Part shown: in pieces, positions 24,832 through 36,396 of the stretch
How positions within the stretch are numbered: position 1 is the first letter of the stretch
Layout of the letters: each line of letters opens with the position of its first letter
NCBI GenBank assembly: GCA_018398765.1
Contig: JAHBMJ010000171.1
Coordinates: 1 to 54,596, forward strand
Direction of reading: 5' to 3'
Length of the DNA: 54,596 bases
From: Chromera velia
Lineage: Eukaryota
Notes under the pieces: generated by a model
Told to the model about the DNA's origin: nothing
Seen by the model: the letters and a program-made list of their open reading frames with translations, nothing else
Databases searched by the model: none
Program-made: the position numbers and the translations under genes

Positions 24832-27800
24832 GTGCATAACAGGATCACGGTCACGGATATGGCGTTTCTCTCCGTCGGTGCATGCATGGAACAGACAAAA
24901 TGTCCATCTCCTCCGATCGACAAGTTTGTGGCCAACACAGGTGCTATAGACAACATAGGCTCCACCCGCGTGTTCGGACGGTACGTGATTGTGCATAAGC
25001 CATCTACCCGAGATTTTGAACAGGCCCACGGAGACGCCCCTGCTGTGCAAACCGAAATGGAGTGTATGGTTGCCCTCCCAGTGACACTTCTGGAGGAGGA
25101 GCCAGACAACTGGCAGCAATGCACAGACGAGCCACTACTGATCCGCATGTGGCTGTCTGAAGATGACTCCGTCCATTCCCTTCTGTCCCCGAAGTGATGA
25201 ACAACAACAAAGCCGATGCAGTCAACTCCCACTGCATGTTTGAGGACATATGGGGGAGAAGGAAGAAAGTCAAAATTGACTACCCCAGGGGGGATAACAG
25301 ATTCGCTGTTCCTATGGTGCAGTTGCATCCCGAACAATTTCAGCATTTGGAGTTGGGAGGGGCACATGGACTGGCAGCAGCCGTGTCCGTAAGCAGACAC
25401 AGCCAGCGACTGAAGGAAGCCGACGAGGAAACGTGCATGACTTGGCACAGAAGACTTATGCACCAAGCTAGGCACCAAGGTAAGGAGAGGTTAGAAGAGA
25501 CCCTAAAAGAAGAAGGTCTTCGCATGAGTCATGCAGCGTAGCAAAAAGTCTATGCTGACTGTCGTGTCTGTGAAAGGAGAAATGCAATCTTTCCGTCTCT
25601 CTATGCAGTTCCCGACTGCCGATCGCGAGTCACTCGATTCGGACAGGTTGTCTACTAGGACCACTGGTTCATTAATGACAGTGGTGGCGTGGGAGGGAGG
25701 GGTGAGTACGCAGTCTCCTTCATGTTCGACTACTACACCGGCAAATGGGACATGATGGCAGGCGCCAACCGCAAGGTGGAAGGCGACCTGGGCGCACACC
25801 TGCTCAGATAGAAAGCACGCTATAGCAGCTTTCCCGAGTCCATTGAGGCAGACAAGGTGCAGGAGCTATGGGTAGCGGGGAGGAAATGGCACATCGCCAT
25901 GGTGCCAGCGCCACCGTACTGTTATGGTCTACACGGGGCGATTGACACCGCCACCCGCACAGCTCGAGTTCTAGTGCAGACTGCACTGGAAGAGCTAAAC
26001 CTGCCAAAGGTCTTATACAAGCACGTGCTCGACGGCATTTGTGAGACCTAGAACAAGACCTACAACACACAGATTGGCATGACTCCTGCAGAGAAATATT
26101 TGGGCTTCCCACCCGTGCGGACGTTCATGTTTGGAGATCAGGTTGTGATGAAAATGAATGAGAAGAGCCTGGAGCTGGCAGGGGTGGAGGTCACGTATCT
26201 CCACAAAGAAAATTCTTATCTTACCACTGTTCTCCGTAGAGCACCCATCTTGGGCAAGGGCACAGAGACCCACACTGTGCTTGAAGTCCACCCAGCATGG
26301 CTGAAGCCGGTTAGGCGAGGCCTGAACAAGTCATGGCTGGGACGCCGACAAAAGTGGGAGGTTCTAGAGGCTCGTCACTGGTCGGACATCCAAGCACAGA
26401 AGCAGCAGCAGGCACCACCCGTGCTCCACAGTCCGTCCCTGTCCCCTGTGTCCATGTTTCCGATTCTTTCTCAGTCCAGACCGTAAGAGGTCGGGGGTAC
26501 CGCCGCGCATGGCCCGGGTGTTGCGGGGTTGGAAGTCCAAGGAAGGATTGAGGGAGACGGCAATGGAGAAGGGGTGGAGGCGCGAAAATACAGCGGTATC
26601 TGGGCTCAAACAGGCAGAGGGGGGGCATTGCAGCCTTTCATTATCCGACAAGAAAACAGCAGAAGCGTGCAGGTCAATGAATTTGACCAGACGCCAGCTG
26701 GAGAAGCTAGAGTCGGGGGTATGCGTCACAACAATATCAACCACCGACTTGTTGTCTCCCGCTTTCAGTGGTCCGAGGGACAGCCCTTTCTGTCTGCTCT
26801 GGAGATGGCCAATGCAGCCGTGTCTCCTGTTGTCTCTCCCGAGGCCGTGCCTGCGGTCGTCCCTCCATCCACCTCTGCAGACGCGGCTGCTCAGCCGTCG
26901 GAGGTGAATCAAGAAGAAGAGGAGTGGGGGAGAGTGAAAGAGGAACTGTTCGGAGACAGAGCTTTGGAGATAAAAGCAGAGGAAGGGCAGGTTCAAGAGG
27001 AAGGTGGTGCCATGCTGATCGCAAAGCAGAGGCAGCCTACCTTGCCTCAAACATAATCCAATCGTCCGTCTCCTCCCATAAAGATCCCATACAGCCGCCG
27101 CATGCTGCAGTGGGACTCTGACGTCCGTAGATACTCAGAAGAATTTGGGGGAGACGCTCCGTTTCTCGCTCTGGCTAGCTTCCAAAAGGGAGCAACCATA
27201 CTTCCTGCCAGCAGAGAGGAGATCACGAGAAGGGAATTTTGGGAGGCTGACATCAAAGAGTGGACAGCCATCCTTCACACAAAGACGATTGAAAAGCGCC
27301 GCTCACACCTTGAGCTCGCTGCCATGCTTAATATGGGTTTTACCAGAAACCATAAAGAAGATTTGAGTAAGGGACCCGGGGGCAGAAAGAAGAAGACGTG
27401 CATTTAAGTTGCAGGGTACAATGACCTGAGGAAGGTGGACACATTCAGTGGCACTCCCAACCGCGACTGCTTTCTTCTCACCCTCCTGTATGTTGCCACT
27501 CGGGGGTTTGAAGTGGACTCCGAGTTAGTAGATATCAAGAATGCATTCTTCCAGTCCCCCGACGACTATGTAGAGCATGTGGGGGTGCGCATCCCAAAGA
27601 GCATTCCCACCATGCCTGCACAGAAGCCTTCTTGTCTCACTGAGTACAGCGATGCCAAGTGGGGAGAGATAAGGAAAGAGGCAGAGAGAGTAGTCCCAGG
27701 TCAGATCTACGAACTCAGCAATGCCCTCTACGGCACCCCTGCAGCACCTGCACTGTGGGGGAAGGAATTGAGGAGAGGGCAGGAGAAGCTGGGGTTTATT

Positions 27801-28790
27801 CCTGTTGAGCAGTCAATCGCAGTCAGAAGGGAGGTGGAAGACGAACCCGCACAGGACGTGCAAGCCACGTATGTAGACGATATTTTCGGGGCAGGGGAGA
27901 GAACGGAGGAGGCGTTCAATGTGTTGGGAGAGAAATTCAAGATCGGTTCCCAAACAAAAGTGAATGTGGGGTCCAAGGCAAAGTATATTGGGATGGATAT
28001 ATACCGTCCCGATGCACACACCTTCGAACTCATGTCCAAGAGTTACCTCGAAGGCATTGACGTCGATGCAATCCCGGGGAAACTGAAGAAATCTCTGTCC
28101 AAAAAAGACGTCGCTCCAGCCGAGGAGCAAGATGTGGACATGTCCCTACAGGGGGTCTATCAGGAGGCAAATGGTGTATTGGGGTGGGTTGTTTGTCTCA
28201 ACTGGAGGAAAGCACTCTGCTTTTCCCTCCCCAGTAAAGCAACCACCAAACCCACCGCCCGCCATCTCTCAGCAGTCAAGACAGCCATACACAGGTTGAA
28301 AACCCATAGAGAGCCCCTTGTCCTTCATGGCTTGAAGGGAAGAGAACTCCATCTTGCCGGCTGTTCCGATACCATGTGGAACCGCCCGAAGTATAAAGGC
28401 AGGCAGGGGACATGATGATGCTCAATGATGAGTCGTAGGATCTAGAACGAGATGGGCCCAAGAATGTCATCTCGTGGGACCTATCTAAGGACAAAAGCAA
28501 GCACAGCTCGTCATCAATTAGTGAGTAGATTGCCGTCTGTTGTCTGATCAAACGTATCCCAAGATGTACACAATTCATTCAAAACTTGTGGGGGAGAGAT
28601 CCGATCATTTCGATCTTTGTCGACAACGGGGCACTACATGATTGGGTCAGATCAGGGATTTTGGACACAGACACCGAGTATCAGGGGATGCTCGATTACG
28701 TCCTTCAGCAGATCCAGAAGTAGGGGGTGCATGTGCAGTAGATCATCAGACGTGCACAGCTGGCAAATTGTCTGTGCAAACCCATCTGGT
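24832..28790 (+). pseudogene. pol: Pol of element 1 (PR, IN, RT, RNase H) with stops and frameshifts
   Basis: PR FVANTGA (DTGA with D>N); WHRRLMH..CRVC zinc finger; RT VDIKNAFF, LSNALYG..AP..W, YVDD; RNase H GCSD, FVDN, QLANCLCKP. Confidence 0.9.
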
Positions 28791-28901
28791 TCACGAAATC
28801 AATCTACAAATGAAACAACTCGCAGTTTCGCTCGATTCATGCAGTATCGATCAAGCCTGTGATCTATCAAAAGATTCACTTGCTGACCTGCTCAGGGGGT
28901 G

Positions 28902-29132
28902 AATCAGAACGGTGCAATGCGCGCGCGAATATTTATAAACGTGCAGAAATAAAATGAAATAAAATGTATGCATGCAAAAGCATGTTTGAGGCAATTCAAA
29001 TTGACGTCCATGCATTTGTGGTCAATGTAAGACATAAAAGCAGACAAAGACTACTCTGGGCAACTACCAGAGGTTTCGCGTAAGAAGTAGATCTTCATGT
29101 TGATCATGTCTAGAGCGTTAGCTCTTTCTGCT
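28902..29132 (+). repeat. 3' LTR of element 1
   Basis: Preceded by ctcagggggtg and followed by taaac. Confidence 0.95.
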
Positions 29133-29721
29133 TAAACCGATTGCCGATCTCCCTGACGACCGTTTCTGGGAAACATACTGACAGCTCAAGGTGTCCTACA
29201 AACGTTTTTCCCGTCTGATTGACCTCTTGAAGTAGGCAAAACTTATGTATCTACTTCACAGAGTTGAAAGCTCTCGGTTTTCTTGGGCAGTCCATCAAAA
29301 TTTCAAGGAGCTCTCAAAATCAGCCCTCCCTCGGTAGAGATTTACTGGTGGTCAAGGGATTCTTTCACACAGTTATATGGCTATTTTATTTTAGCCATGA
29401 GGCTACTCTGCCAAAGAAAGCAGCGGACCATCTCAAGGATCAAAGATACAGAAGGTTGGAGAATAATCAGCAACTGCCTAGGTGCTAGATGGTTAATGAG
29501 CCTCCTTGACACCCTTGTGAACATGGTTGGTGCAGCCCTTCTGGCTGACTTAATTTCAAGACATTTTTAAAATCTAGTTTAAAACTTAGGTTTAAAATGT
29601 TTTAAATTAGATTTTAAAATAAATGCTAGATGCGGCTAGAATGAACGTTCTTAAAAATTGTTCCTAGAATTGTTTATTCAATTAGATTTTGAAATGAACG
29701 TTAGATGCAGTTAGAATGCTA

Positions 29722-29926
29722 CTAGACATGTTAAAAAAAAAAAAGAAAAAAAGTCTCTAAAAAAACAAGTTATCTACTTTTTTTTTCTTTTTTGGGGGGG
29801 GCCTGCAACACCTTGCAACATTTGTGCAACACTCGTCCAACAGCTATACATAACAATTGTTTTAGACAAAAAAAAAAATCTGACAAAGAGAGTTATTTAA
29901 TTTTTTTTTCTCTGTGATACCCCTAG
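29722..29926. mobile_element. MITE with CTAG termini and 8-bp TSD
   Basis: gaatgcta at 29714-29721 and 29927-29934. The right end is gatacccctag; the left TIR is degenerate. Confidence 0.55.
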
Positions 29927-29985
29927 GAATGCTACTACTAAGCTAGAATGAACATTATTAAAAATTGCTGTAGTACTAGTTGCAG

Positions 29986-31560
29986 CTAGGGTATTTCACT
30001 AAAAAAAAAAGAAAATTAATTTTATATCCCCCCCTTCAAGTATATAAAACACTGTAGACATCTAAAAGTATGTTCAATGTGGTTTTTTACCTAAAAGAAC
30101 CTTCATAAACTTAAAAAAAGACTTGTAGTATTATGATTTATGATGGTCATTTAAAGTTTTCATCATGTTGCCACTTAGGGTTCTAAAAGTAGTAAAAACA
30201 TCGTTATGTAACTTAATACTTAACTTACCTAAACCTTATGTCACCTGGTATAACCTGCTTCAAATCACTTCATTAATACCAGCAGACTCGGACATGATTT
30301 TGAAACTATATAACTTAACTCTCCTTCAGTTTTCATCCTTTTCATCACTTTCATGCTCATTAAACTGACTTTCTGTGCAAGCAAGCTCATCGTTATTCAC
30401 CGTTACCCCCCCTCCCAACCAAAACTGCCGAATGCAACCAGAAAAAAATAGCAGAAAGGGGTGTGTTATCAGTTCTCGGCATTAACGTGCAATGGAATAA
30501 AAGCGGTTTGAACTCTGTTGTGTCATCTAAAGAAGAAACCCATTCATATGAAATAATACAAGTGGAAAATACGGCATTCTCTTCAACAAGGGCAATCCGA
30601 GATACCCCCAAACTTCTTCTTTTTTTTGTTGTTGGGTGCACATCAGATGGATCAATTAAGTCCAAAACTTTGCTGACAAACCATCCTTCTATACTGCTGT
30701 TACTGTTTTCCCACCTGCAAGCAACAACGTCCCCTACCCTAACAGAATAATCCCCCCTCTTTGATAAAATATGATGAAATCGAGGCTTGCGTGTCAAACG
30801 TGTCGATTACCTGATCAGTATGCAGCTTTTCGTCCTACAAAAACATACAAGCAGAAGAAAGGAGCAAATTTCCCCGACCAAGTACTTCTAAGGTACCTAG
30901 CAGCGTAAGTGCAGCAGAGGGACGTAGGGGAGCGACGGAGGAGAGCTTGGGCTCTGTGGCTACAAGCGAGACAGCAGAGGGCTAAGCAGAGAAGACATGA
31001 GGGAGGAAAGCTGAGAAAAGGGCTCTCTCGAACAGCCACAGCGCCTTTTTGCTTTCGATCTTTTATTGCTATCACACTCTTTTCTCTGTTGTCTCTGATT
31101 CCATTTGTCTGCCAGCTTGAATGCTCCATTACAAATTTATCGAAATTTGACAATGTTTTTCCTGTGTGCATGACTGCCTAGCTTGCTGAAACGAGGTGTC
31201 TCAATAACAGTTTTGAAGAGTCAAATCATCAGTTTTAAGTTTGTTTTAAACAGTTTGAGGCTGGTGTATACTATGTTAATACTGCTATTGGCAGGTTCAA
31301 GCAGGTTTCAAAAGATGACAATGTTAAAATGAAGGCTCTCTAACCTTATGTCCGAACCTTCATTGGCAACGACCCCTAAACCTACCCTTAACCTAATATA
31401 ACCTTGCTGAACCAAGGATTTTACATATGATTATGTATTCAAATGACTTTTTAGCAAAATTGAGCTAGGAATCTATTTAAAAAAATGTCCAAAAACTGTT
31501 TTTTTGTAAGGTTTTTTACTATAAAACCTAGTACACCTCCATCAAAGTGAAATACCCTAG
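29986..31560. mobile_element. Non-autonomous DNA transposon with 15-bp TIR and 8-bp TSD
   Basis: Perfect TIR ctagggtatttcact/agtgaaataccctag; perfect TSD agttgcag (29978-29985 and 31561-31568). Confidence 0.9.
30393..30797 (-). CDS. ORF inside the TIR element, possible Tudor/BAH-like beta-barrel fragment
   Basis: 134-aa ORF containing YSVRVGDVVACRW..WFVSKVLDL, with an acidic tail beyond its stop. Confidence 0.35.
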   Translation of the reverse strand: MTRKPRFHHILSKRGDYSVRVGDVVACRWENSNSSIEGWFVSKVLDLIDPSDVHPTTKKRRSLGVSRIALVEENAVFSTCIISYEWVSSLDDTTEFKPLLFHCTLMPRTDNTPLSAIFFWLHSAVLVGRGGNGE

Positions 31561-31980
31561 AGTTGCAGTAATACTATCTAGAGTACTATGAACTATAGTA
31601 CTATAAATTTAGTGAAGCTAGTAGCTACTGAATGAATGAATAAATGATTGAGGGTTAAATCCTAGATCCAGTGATGCTAGACTCCAAGCCACTAACAAGG
31701 CTTTGAAGACAACCCTATGTTATACAAAACGTTCACTCAACCTAGGTTCTATGGGGCATTAGCTTGTAAGACTAGGCGGCCCCTTCGCTTTAATCTTAAG
31801 CATACACGCCAGACAGAGGTACCCAGTCCTCGGAAAAGACAAAACCTGCATAACACTATGTTTCTATCAAATTTATATCATCTTTAATATTGCTACTACA
31901 TCTGCTTGTATGACTCAGATGATTTGCAACTTACTAGTTAGTCTCTAGTAGCTAGCTCTCTAGCCTATATAGGTACCTAT

Positions 31981-33037
31981 TAGGGTTGGTAAATGCCATC
32001 GATACCAAATGTCGACATTTGTAACACTTCTAGTGCCAACATCAGCATTTGAAATGGCATTTTGTAGCCAAAGTGGCATTTAGTATGCAGTATATAGAAT
32101 TATATAGATATTAATGGATCAAACGCGCAAAACGCGCGCGTAAAAAGCGCTTATTTTCGCGTGTATGTACGTTTTTTGCATGCATGCAGTTAATTGGTAT
32201 TATATTAAATTGCATGCATGCATGCGTATGAATTAATTTTTCAATGCGGCGGGATCGATCGAGATGTCTCTCTCATACTGCATGTGTGTATCAATATACA
32301 ATGATTTGGTCAGCCTGAAAATCGGGCAATCATTACAATTGTCTTACCATGCATTCCAGACATTCCTCCAGTCTAACAGCCTAGATAAAAACAGACTTAT
32401 AAACATGATTTTGACTAAATTTAGATTGATTTTAGTTAGTTACACTGAGTTACTTGATGATAAATAGGTTGTGCTGCCTAGCTGGGGACAATGTGGTCTA
32501 CAGTTAAGACCTAGGGGTAATTTTCAAAAAAAAAAAAAATGTGGTCATTTTCACTTTTTTCTTTTTTATTTTTTTTCTGATATCAAACTAAAAAATATGT
32601 TGTTTAAGTGTTGTTAATGTTTTGCACAAATCAACAAGTATTGTTTAAATGTTGTTATATTATTGTTTCTTTGTTATAATGACAAATGAATGTTAATTGT
32701 TGCACTGTTATATAACTGTTGCTTATGTGTTGCAAAGTGTTGTATATGCTTGTCGTGTCTTGTCAGATGGAGGTCATCATCGAAAACAAAAAAAAAAAAG
32801 ATTTTTTGCCCTGGAGCCCATATTTTTTTTTTTTTTTTTTTAAAATTACCCCTAGGTTAAGACACTTTCAGAACTCAAAAATTTAGTAAGAAAGTTAAAA
32901 GTAGAAGACACTATTGGTTTAGGCAAACTATAAAATGTCAGCACTGTATTAAAACATAAATATCATTGTCGATCAGTGCCATTTATATGTTTAGTGTCAA
33001 TAACAGCATTTATCGCCCACGGCATTTACTAACCCTG
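31981..33037. mobile_element. Non-autonomous hAT-like DNA transposon
   Basis: TIR tagggttggtaaatgcc/ggcatttactaaccctg; 8-bp TSD gtacctat/gtacctac. Confidence 0.85.
32511..32855. mobile_element. MITE nested in the hAT-like element
   Basis: TIR ctaggggtaatttt/aaaattacccctag; perfect TSD gttaagac (32503-32510 and 32856-32863). Confidence 0.9.
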
Positions 33038-34039
33038 GTACCTACCCCTAGGATAGTATAAGCTCTCTATACTATAGGGCCATAGTATAAGGGATTAAAC
33101 TTGGATCGAGTTTGGTACAAGTACGATTAGGATAAGGATTAGGATTTATGTTCGGAGGATTAGCCTCTTGCCCCAATGCCGAATGCCTGACGTACGGCTT
33201 CTAGAGAAAGCGCCAAAGTGTATCAGACCTCTTTAGCCAGCCTACACAGGTCTGGCCTATGCCAAGAACGGTTTACACAAGGTTCTTTCTGAGCTCGATC
33301 GATCAATTGCGCAAACATAACATCTGACACATTCGTAAGAGCAATTCAATAGCTGGAAATCAAGTGATTCATGGGGGGCAATCACACCGGACATTGATCC
33401 AGGGTAAAACAAATGATAATCTTTTTCCTTTGTAAGTTCTGAAACAAGAAGAGAGAGGTTAAGAGAAGAAAAAGAAATTGAGACCAGAAAAAGCTCACTT
33501 CTCTTTGTTTTTACACTTTTTAGCGTAGCCAGAAACGTTCCTTTTCCCGAGACGCATAGAGGGAAAGCAAAAACCCTCTCTCTTCTTATGGGTTGCTTCT
33601 TATCATTCTGTCTAACTGAAGAAAAGTGAAGTAGCAAGCCGCCGCAAGAGGAGTAAGATGAAGTTAGGTCTCTTTTTTTCCTTGCTTGCAAACAGAAAAA
33701 CAAAAAAGGATGTTTGGAGTTAGAGAAAGAAAGACGAAATAAAAAGAGAAAGATGAAGAAGTAGAGACTGAAAGAGAAACATCCACTTCTCTTCTTTTTT
33801 TCACTTTTTTGATACAATCAAGAACGTTCATTCATTTTTCCTGAGACTTAGTGAGGTAATAGGAAAGCTTTCTCTTCTGGTTGGGTGTCTTCTTTTCATT
33901 TTGATCATCTCAAAAGAGTGAAGACTTACAAAGAAAAAGTGGAATCTCAAAGAAAGAAAGAACAAGAACTAAAATATGATATACTCCATGGGATGAGACG
34001 TCAGATAAATAGACCAACAAAGAAAGGATCTTGATACCT

Positions 34040-35330
34040 AAATGGTTACCGGCCGCTGCTTTAGAGGCTTCAGCCAACCACTCTTCCTCCCATTAGTCCG
34101 AGTCCAGACAGTCAATCTCTTTGTAGTACAGGCTGTAGATGTACTGAGCTTGAAGCTTCTGGAAGACAGGGATGTAGCTTCTTGTGGCGATAGTGACTGT
34201 CTATAAAGCTGCCTCTAGGTCTTGGTATTCTCTTCTTTTGATGCTTTGCATCACCTCTTTGTCAAGCAGATTGAGAAGCGTTTCAAGAGTTGCTTTCATC
34301 AGCATCACAAGCTTCCGATCGATCGAGTTCCCCTTCATCTAGTTTCTCTCTCTCCTGCATTCTTCTAAGCAGCCCGTTGCAACTGATACAGTCTGTGAGA
34401 ATTGCCATGCCCCCTAAGCTTCTCTTACGAACGCTCTTTTCTGACCTTTGTTTGCTTTTTTCACACCTTCGAGCATCTGCATCGCCATAAGGCTGCCATA
34501 GGTTGTTTTCTTTCCGATGGTAACAAACTGGCGTCTGCATCATTCTTTCTCCTTTCTACCTTTGATGAGTCATACGCTGTCAAAGAGATAGACGAGGTGG
34601 GTGTAAGGGGAGAAGAAAAAGAGATGGGGGCGTCTTTGGCAGGTAACAAAGCGGAGCTGCCTTCCAAGTGTGAGAAAACGGTAAGAAAACAGAAGGGCTT
34701 TCTTGAGTGAAGGAGGTGGAGAGGCTTCGTAGCTCTCTGGCTGCTAGGGTGTAGTTAGCATCCACAGGTGCAGAAACGGAGGGGCGTTCTTTGGGAGGAG
34801 GGGTGGAAGGGCTTCTTGCAGGTGCTAGAGTGTAGTTAGCATCTGTAGGTGAGAAGGCGGAGGAACATTCCTTAAGGAGGGAGGTAGGAGGGCTTCGTGC
34901 GAGTACTGGAGTGCAGTTAGCAACTGCAGATACGGGGATGAAGGAACATTCCTTGGGGAGGGAGGTAAAAGGGCTTCGTGTGATTGTTGGGGTGCAGTTA
35001 GCGTCTGCAGATGCGGAGACAGAGGAGCTTTCTTTAAGGAAAGAGGTGGAAAAACTTTTGAGGAGGGAAGTAGAAGGGCTTTGTACGGGTGTTGGGATGC
35101 TAGCGCAGTGCATGTTTACGAGTGGTTCCAAAGCTTCGCATCCCTCCTTGCGCCTTAGGGGGAAACCAAGGACGAGCAGAAACGTTAAAATAGGACATGG
35201 TTGAGTCATGGCTGTCAGGGTGGCCAATCATCAGACTAGTCATCAGACCTCCACACTTCAAGCCCCACTGTTTCTTCGAATAGCGGCCTCCCCGTCGTGT
35301 CCGTTTTTTACATACAGTCCCATCGCCCAC
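34040..35330 (-). pseudogene. Decayed ORF containing an 81-bp (27-aa) tandem repeat
   Basis: About four RSP.TS..KE.S..S..DAN[CY]T units at 34700-35090; the downstream frame ETLLNLLDKEVMQSIKRREY.. contains stops. Confidence 0.45.
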
Positions 35331-36396
35331 TATGACTTCGGCTTTCTGGGCTTCTAGTTAATTCTCAAGAGCCGTTTCTGTTGGGACACTGTCTATCAAC
35401 GCAAGGTAACGTCGCAATACTGTCACTGATTCTGCTTGAAAGAACAGACATTCTTCGACCGGATTTTTCAAGAAAGCGCTGGTACATCTAACTACTTCTT
35501 TTGCGTACAATCTCAGACACTGTCATTCCGCTAGATCATTCCGTTTGCATCAAGCCTCTCAAAGATCAAAAGAAACGGCGAGCTTTGCACGTGGAACACT
35601 GGAGACTGGAGCTGTCCGTTTGAAGTCATTTTTCAGCCTTTTTCATTCGAAGTTGGAGCGTGTGCACTCTGGTGGTTCGCAGCTCTCAAGAGGAGACGAG
35701 AAACTCATGAAGAGACCATGTACCGCGTAACAAATAACTAAAATTAAACAGTAATCACTTTTTCATTAGTAAAGTTAATTTAAAGACTTAAGACTTAAGT
35801 AAAGGCTGTACTAGAGGCTGTAAAGCTTTTATGACAGTCTAGATATCAAACAGTGGTGAGTCCATTAGAGTCCATGCACTAGCAAGTTTCAGAACACGTA
35901 CATTGATCCTCACATTCATTGAATACGAAGTGAAACTCAGGCTGTTCTTGGCTTCTTTCGTGAACCGCTCCGTCTGCACGCCTTCCCATTTTCTGTGCCC
36001 TTCCCCACTGCACTACATTTTGATAACTGCTGGAAGCGGAGACTGCAAGTTGTGTCAGGAAGTCGATAGAACCGTTTCTGGACCATTCAAATGGGTGCAG
36101 GACGTTTCTTAGCCTGTATTAATGCATCGCCTATCTTACTTGATAGTTTGATTTTCTCAAAACAAAAACGAACAAGGAGAGGCTCATAAAAACAAAAACG
36201 AGAAAAGAGTAGCTCAGCACCAACACACCCAAAATCACGCGAGAGGCGCGCATGCATGCATGCAAAGTCGGATCGAGTCCTCGTCGTTCGCGTCGAGTCA
36301 AACCGAGTCAAGGCAAGGCAAGGCAAGGCAGACTGTCCAGAGACTTTTTTGTCCTTCAAGACAGCCCCCCTTCCTTCCTCCCTCGGTCCCTCCCTC

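Larger units (their letters stand above)
23284..29132 (+). mobile_element. Ty1/copia LTR retrotransposon, full domain set but decayed (element 1)
   Basis: Two 231-bp LTRs, TSD tgaac/taaac, PPT cagggggtg and domain order gag-PR-IN-RT-RH. Confidence 0.95.

Noticed and set aside
28900..28901. TG as the canonical LTR start
   Set aside because: It is not present at the matching position of the 5' LTR in either element, and no CA occurs at the LTR ends.
31578..33051. A further CTAG-ended element enclosing the hAT copy
   Set aside because: The candidate TSDs aatactat/gatagtat match only 6/8 and the TIR match is poor.
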